Shown piece by piece: positions 10,572 to 19,937 of a DNA stretch of 64,000 bases (the first letter of the stretch is position 1; each line of letters opens with the position of its first letter). Under the pieces are notes generated by a model. It made no database searches, had not been told where the DNA came from, and saw only the letters and a program-made list of their open reading frames with translations. Origin of the DNA: an archaeon (GTDB lineage Archaea > Iainarchaeota > Iainarchaeia > Iainarchaeales > JAAZKV01); NCBI GenBank assembly GCA_041661245.1, contig JBAZUY010000001.1, positions 156,355-220,354 on the forward strand, read 5' to 3'. A program made the position numbers and the translations under genes.

Positions 10572-11903
10572 TTGTTGAAGAAACTTGCACTACTATTATT
10601 ACTATTACTAGTACTAAGCACGGCTGTAAGCGCACTAAGTTCGGATGAAGCAATAGCACTTGTTTCAGTAAAAAATAATTACTTACTAACAGGGGAAAGC
10701 GCAACTACTACAAAAGACCCAATAACCTACCAAGGAAGCCAATACTTAGTTGTTGCAACAATGTCAGGAGATGCTGTAACTTGCTACATCCCAATTAGAA
10801 GTTCTGATTCAAAAATAGCAACACTTGATCTTGAAATAAGAGAAATAATCAAAACAACAATTGCTTATTCTAAAATGACTGAACTAAAAAATAATACTAC
10901 TCCTGCAGACTGGCCATTTTCATATTCCACTAAAAACTTTTTTTATGATTTGAGTAATGATTTCACAAGCCTCGCAAACGATATTTTAAGCACACAAACA
11001 ATACTAAACGGAATTGGAACTACAGAAGCAAAAACACTCGCACTACAAGTTGGTTTGGCAAAAAATGCTGCTGAAGATCTTTCAGACAAAAGTAAAACAC
11101 TATCAACACAAATAGAAACTTCAAGACTTTATGAAGAAAGTTATTTATCCGGCCCGGACACAAATAAAACAAATAAATACGAAACAAATTACAAAAACTT
11201 TTTTACTTCAGTTGCGGATTTTAAACAAGAATTTGTGGATTTACAAACAACCATCACTGAAATTAATCAAGGAGTAAGCACACTTGATCCATCAAAATTA
11301 ACTACAGACCAGCAAAAAACCTACCAAATATTACTTACAAAAGTACCAATAGCAATCTCAAAAGGAACAAGAACTAACCCAGGAAAACTTGACTCATTCT
11401 TTAGCACAACAGACCAATTACGAACAATGATTGAAGGAGTATTTAATTCTTCAAGAAACTCAGAGGGATACGCTACCACACTTGATGCAAGAAAAGTAAG
11501 AAGCGACGCATGGATCAAACTATATGGAACAAACGAAACAATGACTAAATTAGACCCAAGTTTTACTACACTGCAAAAAGCAGCCACTGCAGTATTATCC
11601 ACTGAAAATGTAGATTATTGGAAAGACCAAGATTCCGTAGAAGCACTAAAAGTAAACTGGAACGGAGCAGAACAAAGATACAACAATTCAGAGTACACAA
11701 AAGCAAAAGAATACGCACTAAAGGCAGAAAAAAATGTTACTAGTATAATGAGCCAAGGATTAAAACAAACAGAAAGTCCAATTAACCAAGACCTAATAAT
11801 TAAAATAGTCGGAGGACTAGTAATACTACTAATAGGATTATTCATTTTTGAGAAATACAAAGCAAAGAAAAAAAATAAAGAGGACGAGTACAATGAAGCA
11901 TAA
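10572..11903 (+). CDS. Surface protein with signal peptide, coiled-coil body and C-terminal TM
   Basis: MLKKLALLLLLLLVLSTAVSA signal; C-terminal IVGGLVILLIGLFIF followed by Lys-rich tail. Confidence 0.7.
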   Translation: MLKKLALLLLLLLVLSTAVSALSSDEAIALVSVKNNYLLTGESATTTKDPITYQGSQYLVVATMSGDAVTCYIPIRSSDSKIATLDLEIREIIKTTIAYSKMTELKNNTTPADWPFSYSTKNFFYDLSNDFTSLANDILSTQTILNGIGTTEAKTLALQVGLAKNAAEDLSDKSKTLSTQIETSRLYEESYLSGPDTNKTNKYETNYKNFFTSVADFKQEFVDLQTTITEINQGVSTLDPSKLTTDQQKTYQILLTKVPIAISKGTRTNPGKLDSFFSTTDQLRTMIEGVFNSSRNSEGYATTLDARKVRSDAWIKLYGTNETMTKLDPSFTTLQKAATAVLSTENVDYWKDQDSVEALKVNWNGAEQRYNNSEYTKAKEYALKAEKNVTSIMSQGLKQTESPINQDLIIKIVGGLVILLIGLFIFEKYKAKKKNKEDEYNEA

Positions 11904-12726
11904 ATTACTAACAATCCTAATGATACTTGCGCTATTTGCTACTGTTGCACACGCGAGCCTCTTAATTTCTGCAACAGTGGACAAAGATTCCCTATCTACT
12001 AACGAAGTTGGATTACTTACAATAAAAATATTTAATGACGCGGATATGAATGCAAAAAATGTTATCCTAACAATCAAAGGGGATGAACAAATTAAATTCT
12101 TTGAAGACGCAGTAGAAAAATCAAGCATTTACAAAACCATTGATTCAATTGGAGCAGGACAAGGAATCGAAGCAAAAATAAAAATCAAATCCATTTCATC
12201 AAAAAACCCAAGTGCAAACATATACGTATACTACGGATTTGAAGTAAACCCAAAAAATGCGGCGGTTACTGTGGTTCAAACAGTGGATTTACCACAAACA
12301 ATTACTTCCACAATGGAAAAAAAGAGTGTTAATGGAAAAGACCTTATTGTAACAACATTCAAACTAATTAACAATTCAAGTTACCCAATTACAAAAGTAA
12401 GCGCAGAAGTAATTGCCCCCACTGGATTTGAGGAAAACACACAACCATTCTTTTCAGAAACTATTAGCGCAGGACAAACAATAAATCAAACCTTCAACAT
12501 AGCTGCCCCGCTTGAAGCACGAGGAGAACAAAAATTCATTTTAGCATACGGATACTTTGATGCAAATGTACCACACTACTTTGAAAAAAGTTATTCAATG
12601 AACTTCCAAAAAGCGGACTATGGATTTTTGATTTTGATTGGAGTAATTGTTCTAATTATTGGAGTTTATACTTACATGAAAAAAGATACTAAACCAGCAG
12701 TAAAAGGAACTGCCGAAAAGAAATAA
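11893..12726 (+). CDS. Surface protein with Ig-like (CARDB/BatD-like) domains and C-terminal TM
   Basis: Start at ATG 11893 (MKHKLL), overlapping previous stop; beta-rich repeats; C-terminal anchor. Confidence 0.7.
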   Translation: MKHKLLTILMILALFATVAHASLLISATVDKDSLSTNEVGLLTIKIFNDADMNAKNVILTIKGDEQIKFFEDAVEKSSIYKTIDSIGAGQGIEAKIKIKSISSKNPSANIYVYYGFEVNPKNAAVTVVQTVDLPQTITSTMEKKSVNGKDLIVTTFKLINNSSYPITKVSAEVIAPTGFEENTQPFFSETISAGQTINQTFNIAAPLEARGEQKFILAYGYFDANVPHYFEKSYSMNFQKADYGFLILIGVIVLIIGVYTYMKKDTKPAVKGTAEKK

Positions 12727-12778
12727 GTACTAATTGTAAATTACAAAAACAAATTCAGACAAAATGAATAACTAGATT

Positions 12779-13864
12779 CTAAACTGAAATTTCAATAATA
12801 TCCTTATTCTTTAAAACAAAATCCGGACCAACTGTCTGCCCAGGGAATTTTGCCGAACCCCAAACCTTTGCATACTTTAAATTCTTTGCAAAATCCTTGT
12901 GCAATACTTCAGCAAGATCAAGAACAGTTGCACCTTTATCAAGCGCCATTGGATCATTCAAATCCGCATCCTTTCCTGGTTTTTTTGTGTAAACTAAAAT
13001 TTTTTCCAAAAGCAAAAACAACCTATCCTTCACATCAACCAAATTATGATCAGTTATTTGATAAGGATTAACAAAAACTGCACGCTTATAACAAATCTTT
13101 TCATTCAATGCCTCAGCAACTTCACTTAGAGAATTAATTGTTCCAGAAATAATTACTTGCGCATTAGTATAACCTGAATTTTTTAAATACTGTTCTAATT
13201 GTTCAACTGGAAATTTTAAAAATTCTTTTCCGGACAGTGCAATTCCTGGAAAAGAAGAAACCTTAACTGAAATAGGGGGCTTTGTTTTGTTAATGTAAAT
13301 GTACGCCTTATTCATTTCATCCAAAATTATTCTTTTGTGTTCATCTGAATTAAAAGTAAATAAAACCGCATCAGAATTTCTAATTACCCCCATTATTTCT
13401 CTCCCTTGAGCTTTTCCTTCTGCAGAGCCTTCAATTATCGCAGGAATCTCAACTAATTGAATTCTCGCACCATCGTAATCAAACATAGCAGGAGTAGGTT
13501 CTTTTGTTGCAAATGGATAAGGAGTATCATCAGTAATATGTTTTCCAACAAGTCTATTTAATATCCAAGATTTTCCTGAGTTAGGCAACCCAACAATAAC
13601 AATCTGGCCAATCCCATCCTTCTTAATATACATTGAAGGCCCGCCAGAGCCTTTCTTAGCAGAACCCGCAGATTTTTGTTTTTCAAGTTCATTTCTATAC
13701 TCCGAAACCTTTCTATTCAAATCAGCCCTAAGTTTTTCAGCACCCTTATGTTTTGGCGCCTCGGATTGCATTTCAAGAAGAGCTGTTAATTTTTCCTCAG
13801 GCGTTTTAGCTTCCTCAAATTTCTTTTGAGCAACACCATATCCCACAGAAGTATTTGTTGTCAT
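12779..13864 (-). CDS. DRG/OBG-family GTPase with TGS domain
   Basis: PKHKG, GLPNSGKS, YPFAT, C-terminal TGS (VYTKKPG...AKVWGSAKFPGQTVG). Confidence 0.9.
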   Translation of the reverse strand: MTTNTSVGYGVAQKKFEEAKTPEEKLTALLEMQSEAPKHKGAEKLRADLNRKVSEYRNELEKQKSAGSAKKGSGGPSMYIKKDGIGQIVIVGLPNSGKSWILNRLVGKHITDDTPYPFATKEPTPAMFDYDGARIQLVEIPAIIEGSAEGKAQGREIMGVIRNSDAVLFTFNSDEHKRIILDEMNKAYIYINKTKPPISVKVSSFPGIALSGKEFLKFPVEQLEQYLKNSGYTNAQVIISGTINSLSEVAEALNEKICYKRAVFVNPYQITDHNLVDVKDRLFLLLEKILVYTKKPGKDADLNDPMALDKGATVLDLAEVLHKDFAKNLKYAKVWGSAKFPGQTVGPDFVLKNKDIIEISV

Positions 13865-13917
13865 AATACAAAATAAAGAACTAAAACGTTTAAAAACTTG
13901 AAATCAAAGAGAAAAAA

Positions 13918-14517
13918 TTATAATTTAACCCTTAAAACCAATAATTCTTCAAAAAACAATTTTCTTCTTCCGACAACCTTAACACCAAAACCCAATTCAA
14001 TAAGTTTCTTTTTAATTTCACTTGGTTTATTAAGTGAAGAGACCAAAAGCAATAAAACTCCATTTTTATTTAAATGCGCAGGAAAAGAGGAAAGAAATTT
14101 ATCAATCGTTTCCCTTCCATTTTCCCCCCCATCCAAATCCACCCACTTTATTTCATCACTAGGAACATAAGGAGGATTAAATGCAATAAAATCAAATTTA
14201 TCTTTTTTTAAAGAAGAAAACAAATTACTTTTTTTGAATTTTATTACGGACCCAACGTGTCCAGGAAATTGAGTCCTCTCTTTGGTTGAATTTTTAATAT
14301 ACCCCAAAATATTTTTTTTAGATTGCTTTAATGCAACCGCATTAATGTCAACAGAAACTAATTCTTTTGCCCCACACTTAAGCATTGCAATTCCTTGCAC
14401 CCCACTGCCCGTACCAATGTCAAGACATTTCTTTCCACTTAAGTTTTCTTTTAGAATACATTCTTCAAGCAAATAAGAATCCTCAGCAGGAGAATAAACT
14501 TCTTTTGAAACTTTCAT
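13918..14517 (-). CDS. HemK/PrmC-like (release factor glutamine) methyltransferase
   Basis: VYSPAEDSYLL, DIGTGSG, FNPPY motifs. Confidence 0.88.
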   Translation of the reverse strand: MKVSKEVYSPAEDSYLLEECILKENLSGKKCLDIGTGSGVQGIAMLKCGAKELVSVDINAVALKQSKKNILGYIKNSTKERTQFPGHVGSVIKFKKSNLFSSLKKDKFDFIAFNPPYVPSDEIKWVDLDGGENGRETIDKFLSSFPAHLNKNGVLLLLVSSLNKPSEIKKKLIELGFGVKVVGRRKLFFEELLVLRVKL

Positions 14518-14552
14518 TTAAACAACCACACAAAATAGTTCTTTTCAAAAAA

Positions 14553-15293
14553 TTAATTTGCTTTATCTGAAATACTCCACAAGTGATCAAAATCAGATTT
14601 AAACTCGGCAGCAATAGAATAACTCTCAATAAAAACCAAATTCTCATCATTCCGTGTATCCGCATTTTGAGAATAATTAAACGAACCAGTTGCAACAAAA
14701 TTACCATCAATAATTGTATATTTACTATGCATATACCCCGAACCATTTCTTCTTGAAACCTTAATCCCCGCATCAATTAATTTCTCATCATCACTAGAAG
14801 CATTAGCACTCTGATCATAATCAAACACAACTTCAATCTCAATGCCCCTCTTCTTTGCATTAACTAAAGCATCACTAATACCATCATGAGTAAATGAATA
14901 AATTGCAATGAAAATATTTTTATCAGCTGAATTAATTTTTTGAATTAGTTGCTCTGCACACGCATCCCTGGGACAAAAAAATACTCCGACTTTGTCCACT
15001 TTAACTGGTTCAATAGGTTTTGAATTAGTATCAAACAAATCAATTCTAAAATTAGAAAGATTACTATCCGAATTTGCCCCACTTGAACTAATAGTAGGAA
15101 TAATGGAATACCCATTATCAGTTCTAGCAAAAAATACAAATAACCCTCCAATGGCTATTACGAAAACTAAGAACCAAACTCCCGAACTAATTCCTTTACC
15201 TTCTCCAAAACCCACACTAGACCCCACCAAGGATGGAATAAAGCAGTTTTTATTCATTTCCCCCCATTGGTTAAGGTAAAGAAAGGGATACAA
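14553..15293 (-). CDS. Membrane-anchored phospholipase D/Nuc-family protein (start probably ~15257)
   Basis: Single HKD motif MHSKYTIID, TGSFNYS, NDEN; N-terminal TM. Confidence 0.85.
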   Translation of the reverse strand: MYPFLYLNQWGEMNKNCFIPSLVGSSVGFGEGKGISSGVWFLVFVIAIGGLFVFFARTDNGYSIIPTISSSGANSDSNLSNFRIDLFDTNSKPIEPVKVDKVGVFFCPRDACAEQLIQKINSADKNIFIAIYSFTHDGISDALVNAKKRGIEIEVVFDYDQSANASSDDEKLIDAGIKVSRRNGSGYMHSKYTIIDGNFVATGSFNYSQNADTRNDENLVFIESYSIAAEFKSDFDHLWSISDKAN

Positions 15294-15722
15294 AAGATGA
15301 CAGTACAGAAAATGGCAGAGCTCAATACAAAAGAAATCAATCTTTGGGTAGGTTCAGACAAAGTAGTACGCTTTATAGTAGTTACAAAAAATCTCACTGC
15401 ATTCGCAACAATAAAATATTTAATTAAAGTAATACTCTCAAAACACTCTGAACCCCTCCCACTACTTTTAGATACAAGAGGGGCAGATTCAATTTCAGAT
15501 TTATCAATTTCAATACTCTTAAGTCCAAGATTAAGAAAAATGACTCTTGCATCAGCCCTCCTAGTAAAACGCCCAACCCCTGCCAGGATAATTGGAATGA
15601 TTAACAAGGAACTTTTAGAGAGCAAAGTAAAATATCCATTGAAAATATTTACCGAAGAAGAGGAAGCTCTGGATTGGGCAAAACAATATTCCCCAAAGAA
15701 TTATGATTTCTCAAAACTTTAA
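15267..15722 (+). CDS. STAS/SEC14-like (SpoIIAA-like) domain protein (start probably 15297 or later)
   Basis: PLLLDTRG...YPLKIFTEEEEALDWA pattern; paralogue of 26805..27209. Confidence 0.6.
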   Translation: MVKVKKGIQKMTVQKMAELNTKEINLWVGSDKVVRFIVVTKNLTAFATIKYLIKVILSKHSEPLPLLLDTRGADSISDLSISILLSPRLRKMTLASALLVKRPTPARIIGMINKELLESKVKYPLKIFTEEEEALDWAKQYSPKNYDFSKL

Positions 15723-15736
15723 TATTAATAAAAAAA

Positions 15737-16501
15737 ATGATTTTTATGCTGTACGATGCACACTGCCACCTTGATTTGATAACTGACGAAGAACTACAAA
15801 ACGCACTTACCCAAGCAAAAGAAGAAAATGTTTTCCAAATGATTTCTTGCGCCACTTCATTTTTTTCAAACGAACGAACACTTGAACTAGCAAAAAAATA
15901 TCCTTCTATTAAAGCCGCTATTGGAATATACCCCCTTGATGCACTTGAACTAAACGAACTGGAACTGGACAAAGCCTTTTATTTTTTTGAAGCAGAAATA
16001 AAGAAAGCTATTGCAATAGGAGAAGTTGGACTTGATTTTAAGTATTCCAAAAAAAAAGAAGAACTGGAAAAACAAGTTCAAATCTTTTCCAGATTTATTG
16101 ATTTGGCAATAAAATACAATAAACCCCTAATTATTCATTCAAGATTTGCTCAAAAACAAGTACTTGAACTACTCGCAGAGAAAAACGCTAAAAAAGTTTT
16201 ACTACATTCATTTATTGATTCACAAAAACTAATGGAACAAGCTGCAAAAAAAGGATACTTTGTTTCAGTAGGACTAAGTGTATTATACAATATTGAAGTT
16301 CAGAAGAATATTTCTTCTTTCCCACTTGAAAACTTACTCTTTGAAACTGATTCCCCAATTAGATTTAATGGAGAAAAAGCAGCCCCATCAAAAGTAAGTT
16401 TAATTGCAGACAAAGTTTCAGAACTTAAGAAAATCCCTGTGGAAGAGATAATCAAACAACAAGAAAAGAACTTTACCGCCCTTTTTGAAAAAGTAAAGTA
16501 A
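15737..16501 (+). CDS. tatD: TatD-family hydrolase/DNase
   Basis: DAHCHL, AIGEVGLD, IIHSR, FETDSP motifs. Confidence 0.92.
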   Translation: MIFMLYDAHCHLDLITDEELQNALTQAKEENVFQMISCATSFFSNERTLELAKKYPSIKAAIGIYPLDALELNELELDKAFYFFEAEIKKAIAIGEVGLDFKYSKKKEELEKQVQIFSRFIDLAIKYNKPLIIHSRFAQKQVLELLAEKNAKKVLLHSFIDSQKLMEQAAKKGYFVSVGLSVLYNIEVQKNISSFPLENLLFETDSPIRFNGEKAAPSKVSLIADKVSELKKIPVEEIIKQQEKNFTALFEKVK

Positions 16502-16551
16502 CCGAATATTTTTTATACTTCCCCCACAGAAGATGTTTAAGTGAAAAGCGC

Positions 16552-16872
16552 ATGATACTGATATTTCTTTTCGTTTTAATAGTTGCACTAATTATAGCAA
16601 ACATACTCGTTTCAGTTTCAAGAGAAAGAAAAACAAAATCAAACGAAAAAGGCTTTGCTAAACCCCCGCTCGAATACGTGGAAGAACCCGAAGTAGTAAG
16701 CGCATCCGTAGCCAACCTACAAGAGAACAATGCCCTCTTACAAGGCTCACTACAAGCAACAAACAAAAAACTTGAAATGCTCAACGAAAGAGTAGCCAAT
16801 GTCGAAAAAATAGTAATGAGCATGATACAAAAGAAACTTGATGATGAAACAAGCGACGAAACAAAATACTAA
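16552..16872 (+). CDS. Small membrane-anchored coiled-coil protein
   Basis: N-terminal TM, C-terminal heptad pattern. Confidence 0.65.
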   Translation: MILIFLFVLIVALIIANILVSVSRERKTKSNEKGFAKPPLEYVEEPEVVSASVANLQENNALLQGSLQATNKKLEMLNERVANVEKIVMSMIQKKLDDETSDETKY

Positions 16873-16891
16873 TTCTTAAGGGAACAATACA

Positions 16892-17026
16892 AAAACTAAT
16901 TCCAAAAAAAATAAGTGGCCTCAGAGCTGTCTTAGCCATGTCCAGCCATGGCAGAACTGAAGATTCCAACGTCCTTTCTACGAAAGGACTGAAAACTAAT
17001 TCCAAAAAAAATAAGTGGCCTCAGAG
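16892..17026. repeat. 35-bp perfect direct repeat (16892-16926, 16992-17026) around a 65-bp hairpin-rich spacer
   Basis: AAAACTAATTCCAAAAAAAATAAGTGGCCTCAGAG occurs twice, 100 bp apart. Confidence 0.95.
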
Positions 17027-17076
17027 TTGGATTAACTAATCACTAAATCATTAGGGATTTACTTCATCATTGGCCA
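17016..17076 (-). ncRNA. Box C/D guide sRNA
   Basis: TGGCCA-ATGATGA(C)-AGTAAATCCCTA-ATGA(D')-TTTA-GTGATTA(C')-GTTAATCCAACT-CTGA(D)-GGCCA; terminal stem, two 12-nt guides, upstream TATA-like sequence, downstream T-tract. Confidence 0.85.
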
Positions 17077-17112
17077 ATAGAATTATGTTTGCCAATAATT
17101 AAAAACTCTCTT

Positions 17113-17673
17113 TTAGAGCCACAAAAAGAAAAGAAATGCAAGAGTGTTTGCACAAAAACTTAATGCAACAAGTTCAGGTTCGCTCAGTTTTGAAATAATG
17201 GCAACAAGTTTCTTTCCAGTGTCATTAGGCAAGGGTGCTGCAACAATCCATCCTGCAAGAGCAAAAGAAGCATAGTTAACTAATTTCCTGCCAAACCAGT
17301 TCTTTGAAAAAAAACCATTCAATTGAATTAACTGTTTATCTTTAACATGAATAAAATCATTCTTGAATAATCTCCTAATTAACCTAAAAATGGATAAATC
17401 CACTATTACAGCCCCAATTCCTGCAAGTAAAGCCGCTGCAAAAATATCCGGAACGTACGTATTAACCATAAATGAAGCTGAAAAAGGAGCAAGTATTCCA
17501 AAAGGAAACAATGCCCCGGCAATAAAAACAAAAATATATGCGGTATTCCCTAAGCCAGTTGCCCATTGCAAAAGATCTTTATTTAGAAATGGTAAAAATG
17601 AAATCGCTATTAAAATAAGCAACACCCAAAGCTTTGGATACTTAATTCGCAAGAAAAGTTCTTTGGAAAACAT
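17113..17673 (-). CDS. Multi-pass membrane protein (VTT/DedA-like, uncertain)
   Basis: Several hydrophobic segments; FIAGALF, AAPLPND motifs. Confidence 0.6.
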   Translation of the reverse strand: MFSKELFLRIKYPKLWVLLILIAISFLPFLNKDLLQWATGLGNTAYIFVFIAGALFPFGILAPFSASFMVNTYVPDIFAAALLAGIGAVIVDLSIFRLIRRLFKNDFIHVKDKQLIQLNGFFSKNWFGRKLVNYASFALAGWIVAAPLPNDTGKKLVAIISKLSEPELVALSFCANTLAFLFFLWL

Positions 17674-17786
17674 GTTAAAAGTAAGGAATTTGGGGTTTAA
17701 AACGCTAACTCTAACGGGGCTTTTGAGTTAACTCAGAAAAACCAGCCTTTAGCAATGATTAAATAGACCTGAAGAATTAATTAATT

Positions 17787-18407
17787 ATGAACAATAAAGT
17801 AAAACTCCTTTTACTTGGATTAGTACTTATCCTATTCTCAGTAAGTGCCCTTTCAATTGCTTCTCCAGAACAAGGAAAATCAATTGCATTTTATTTACAG
17901 ACAATTAACGCGAGTCTTTTAGGAAACCAAACTACTACCCAACAAACCACTCAAATTACTACTACAGGAACAGGCACAAGTGTTATTGCAAATCAACAAA
18001 CACTCACTGCAGAATGTATTGAAAGAGTTTTAGTTCAATATGATTCCCCTGTAAAAAATATGGGACTTGGAGAAAAGATTATTAGTGAAGCAAAAAAATA
18101 CAACATTGAAGCAGGATATGCATTAGCAACTTTTAGAGCAGAAAGTACTTTTGGAAAAAATGGTTATGCAGTAGATAACAAATCAATTGGAAATAGGAGA
18201 GATACTAGCGGAAACTTTATCAAATACAATACATGGGAAGCAGGAATAGAGGATTGGTTTAGTTACATCAACAGAAAGTACATTAGCGAAAAGATTACAA
18301 CTGTAGAAACAATTGCCCCAATTTATGCTCCATCCTCGGAGAATAATACTGCAAAATATATTACTGACATTACTGGATTCATGGCACAACACAAAGGAAT
18401 GTGCTGA
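17787..18407 (+). CDS. Secreted glucosaminidase-like (lysozyme fold, GH73-like) protein
   Basis: Signal peptide, Thr/Gln linker, ALATFRAESTFGK, YNTWEAGIEDW, IAPIYAP motifs. Confidence 0.75.
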   Translation: MNNKVKLLLLGLVLILFSVSALSIASPEQGKSIAFYLQTINASLLGNQTTTQQTTQITTTGTGTSVIANQQTLTAECIERVLVQYDSPVKNMGLGEKIISEAKKYNIEAGYALATFRAESTFGKNGYAVDNKSIGNRRDTSGNFIKYNTWEAGIEDWFSYINRKYISEKITTVETIAPIYAPSSENNTAKYITDITGFMAQHKGMC

Positions 18408-18417
18408 AATTGTCACA

Positions 18418-19203
18418 TTAAATAATGGACCTCATTACTTTTAGTCTTTCTTTTGCGAACGCTTCGGACTCAACAAATGCGGAAGTTTTATCATTAATCG
18501 TATTTGAGGAAACCATAACCAATTCCCCGTTAGTAAGTGCAAATACTTTGTCTGAAAAAAGTAAAGCGTCATCAGGATTATGAGTGACAAAAATTGCAGA
18601 AATGTTTCGGGATTTAAGTATTTTTCTTAAATCTTTAATTAGTTTTTCTTTTACATTCCAATCAAGCGCACTAAAAGGTTCATCAAGCAAAAGCACTTTT
18701 GGATTAGCTGCCAAAGCTCTTGCAATCGCAACGCGTTGTTTTAATCCCCCCGAAAGTTCTTTTGGGAGTTTATCTTTATCATCAAGAACCCCAAGCAGGA
18801 CTAAATTCTTCAAAACAATTTCCTCTTTTTCTTTATCAGTTACTTTTTTTGAAAGAAGCCCCAAAGCAACATTTTCATACGCATTCTTCCATTCAAGAAG
18901 ACCAAGTTCTTGGAACACCATTGCTGCAAAAATATCCCCCCTTGACTCGAGATGAACTATCTTTCCAGAAGTAGGAACACTAAAACCCGCAACTAAATTT
19001 AACAAAGTTGATTTACCAGATCCGTTCTTTCCGCAAACTGAAATTATTTCTCCGCAAGAAACTTTCAAATTAATGTTTGAAAGAAGAGAACGTTTTGTTT
19101 CCCCCTTTTGAGCACAAGGATAAGAAAAACTAACTCCTGAAAGATTAAGACAAAGTTCATTCACCATGCGAAACACTCCTCCAAGAAGTAAGTTTTGTTT
19201 CAA
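18418..19203 (-). CDS. ABC transporter ATP-binding protein, nitrate/sulfonate type (likely start 19167)
   Basis: GKNGSGKST, LSGGLKQR, LLDEPFSALD. Confidence 0.92.
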   Translation of the reverse strand: MKQNLLLGGVFRMVNELCLNLSGVSFSYPCAQKGETKRSLLSNINLKVSCGEIISVCGKNGSGKSTLLNLVAGFSVPTSGKIVHLESRGDIFAAMVFQELGLLEWKNAYENVALGLLSKKVTDKEKEEIVLKNLVLLGVLDDKDKLPKELSGGLKQRVAIARALAANPKVLLLDEPFSALDWNVKEKLIKDLRKILKSRNISAIFVTHNPDDALLFSDKVFALTNGELVMVSSNTINDKTSAFVESEAFAKERLKVMRSII

Positions 19204-19924
19204 TAACTTGAATTACTTTTTGTAAAATTAAACCAATTACCCCAATGATTAACATTGCTGAAATTACACTAGAAGTATTCAATGAAAAACGATTTATTTC
19301 AATGAAATACCCTAAACCCTGACTTGAAGCAATTATTTCCGCAGCAATAACACACATCCAAGCCCAGCCTATTGCAGTTTTACAACCATTAATCAAATAC
19401 GGAACTGAAAATGGAAATACTATATGAACAAATTTCTGACTAAATGTAAGGGAATAGTTCTTTGAAACTCTTTCACAAACAATTGGGAGCGAAGTAACTC
19501 CAAAATACACACTTGTAAATACTGGAAAGAAACTTGCAAGAAAAATAATAAAAAATGCAGAAGCATCCCCAATACCAAACCACAATATTGCAAGTGGAAT
19601 CCATGCAATTGGAGGAATTGGACGAAGTAACTCAATTATTGGCTTAAGCACTGCATCAATGTATTTGTTCATCCCAGTCAAATACCCTAGAGTACTTCCT
19701 AGAATTAATCCTAACAAAAATCCAATTATTGCCCTGTTTAATGTTGCTAAAATATGAGGAAATATTTCCCCTGTAAAAATTAAAGTAATTAAACTCTCAA
19801 ATACTTCCAATGGCCCTGGAAAAATGAAACTGTTGAAAAGCATTGCAAAAGTTGCCCATATTGAAATGAAGAGAATTGCAGCAAAAACTGCCCCCATCCA
19901 TTTCAATAAATGCTTTTCAACCAT
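19157..19924 (-). CDS. ABC transporter permease, SsuC/TauC type
   Basis: LRPIPPIAWIPLAILWFGIG, IAAEII...GLGY. Confidence 0.92.
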   Translation of the reverse strand: MVEKHLLKWMGAVFAAILFISIWATFAMLFNSFIFPGPLEVFESLITLIFTGEIFPHILATLNRAIIGFLLGLILGSTLGYLTGMNKYIDAVLKPIIELLRPIPPIAWIPLAILWFGIGDASAFFIIFLASFFPVFTSVYFGVTSLPIVCERVSKNYSLTFSQKFVHIVFPFSVPYLINGCKTAIGWAWMCVIAAEIIASSQGLGYFIEINRFSLNTSSVISAMLIIGVIGLILQKVIQVIETKLTSWRSVSHGE

Positions 19925-19937
19925 TTTTTCACCAATT

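Noticed and set aside
16958..16996. Hammerhead ribozyme (CTGAAGA...GAAA around a hairpin)
   Set aside because: Stem II does not abut the core motifs and I could not form stems I and III.
16892..17026. CRISPR mini-array
   Set aside because: Only two copies, a 65-bp spacer, no cas genes, and the repeat is the 3' end of a C/D sRNA.
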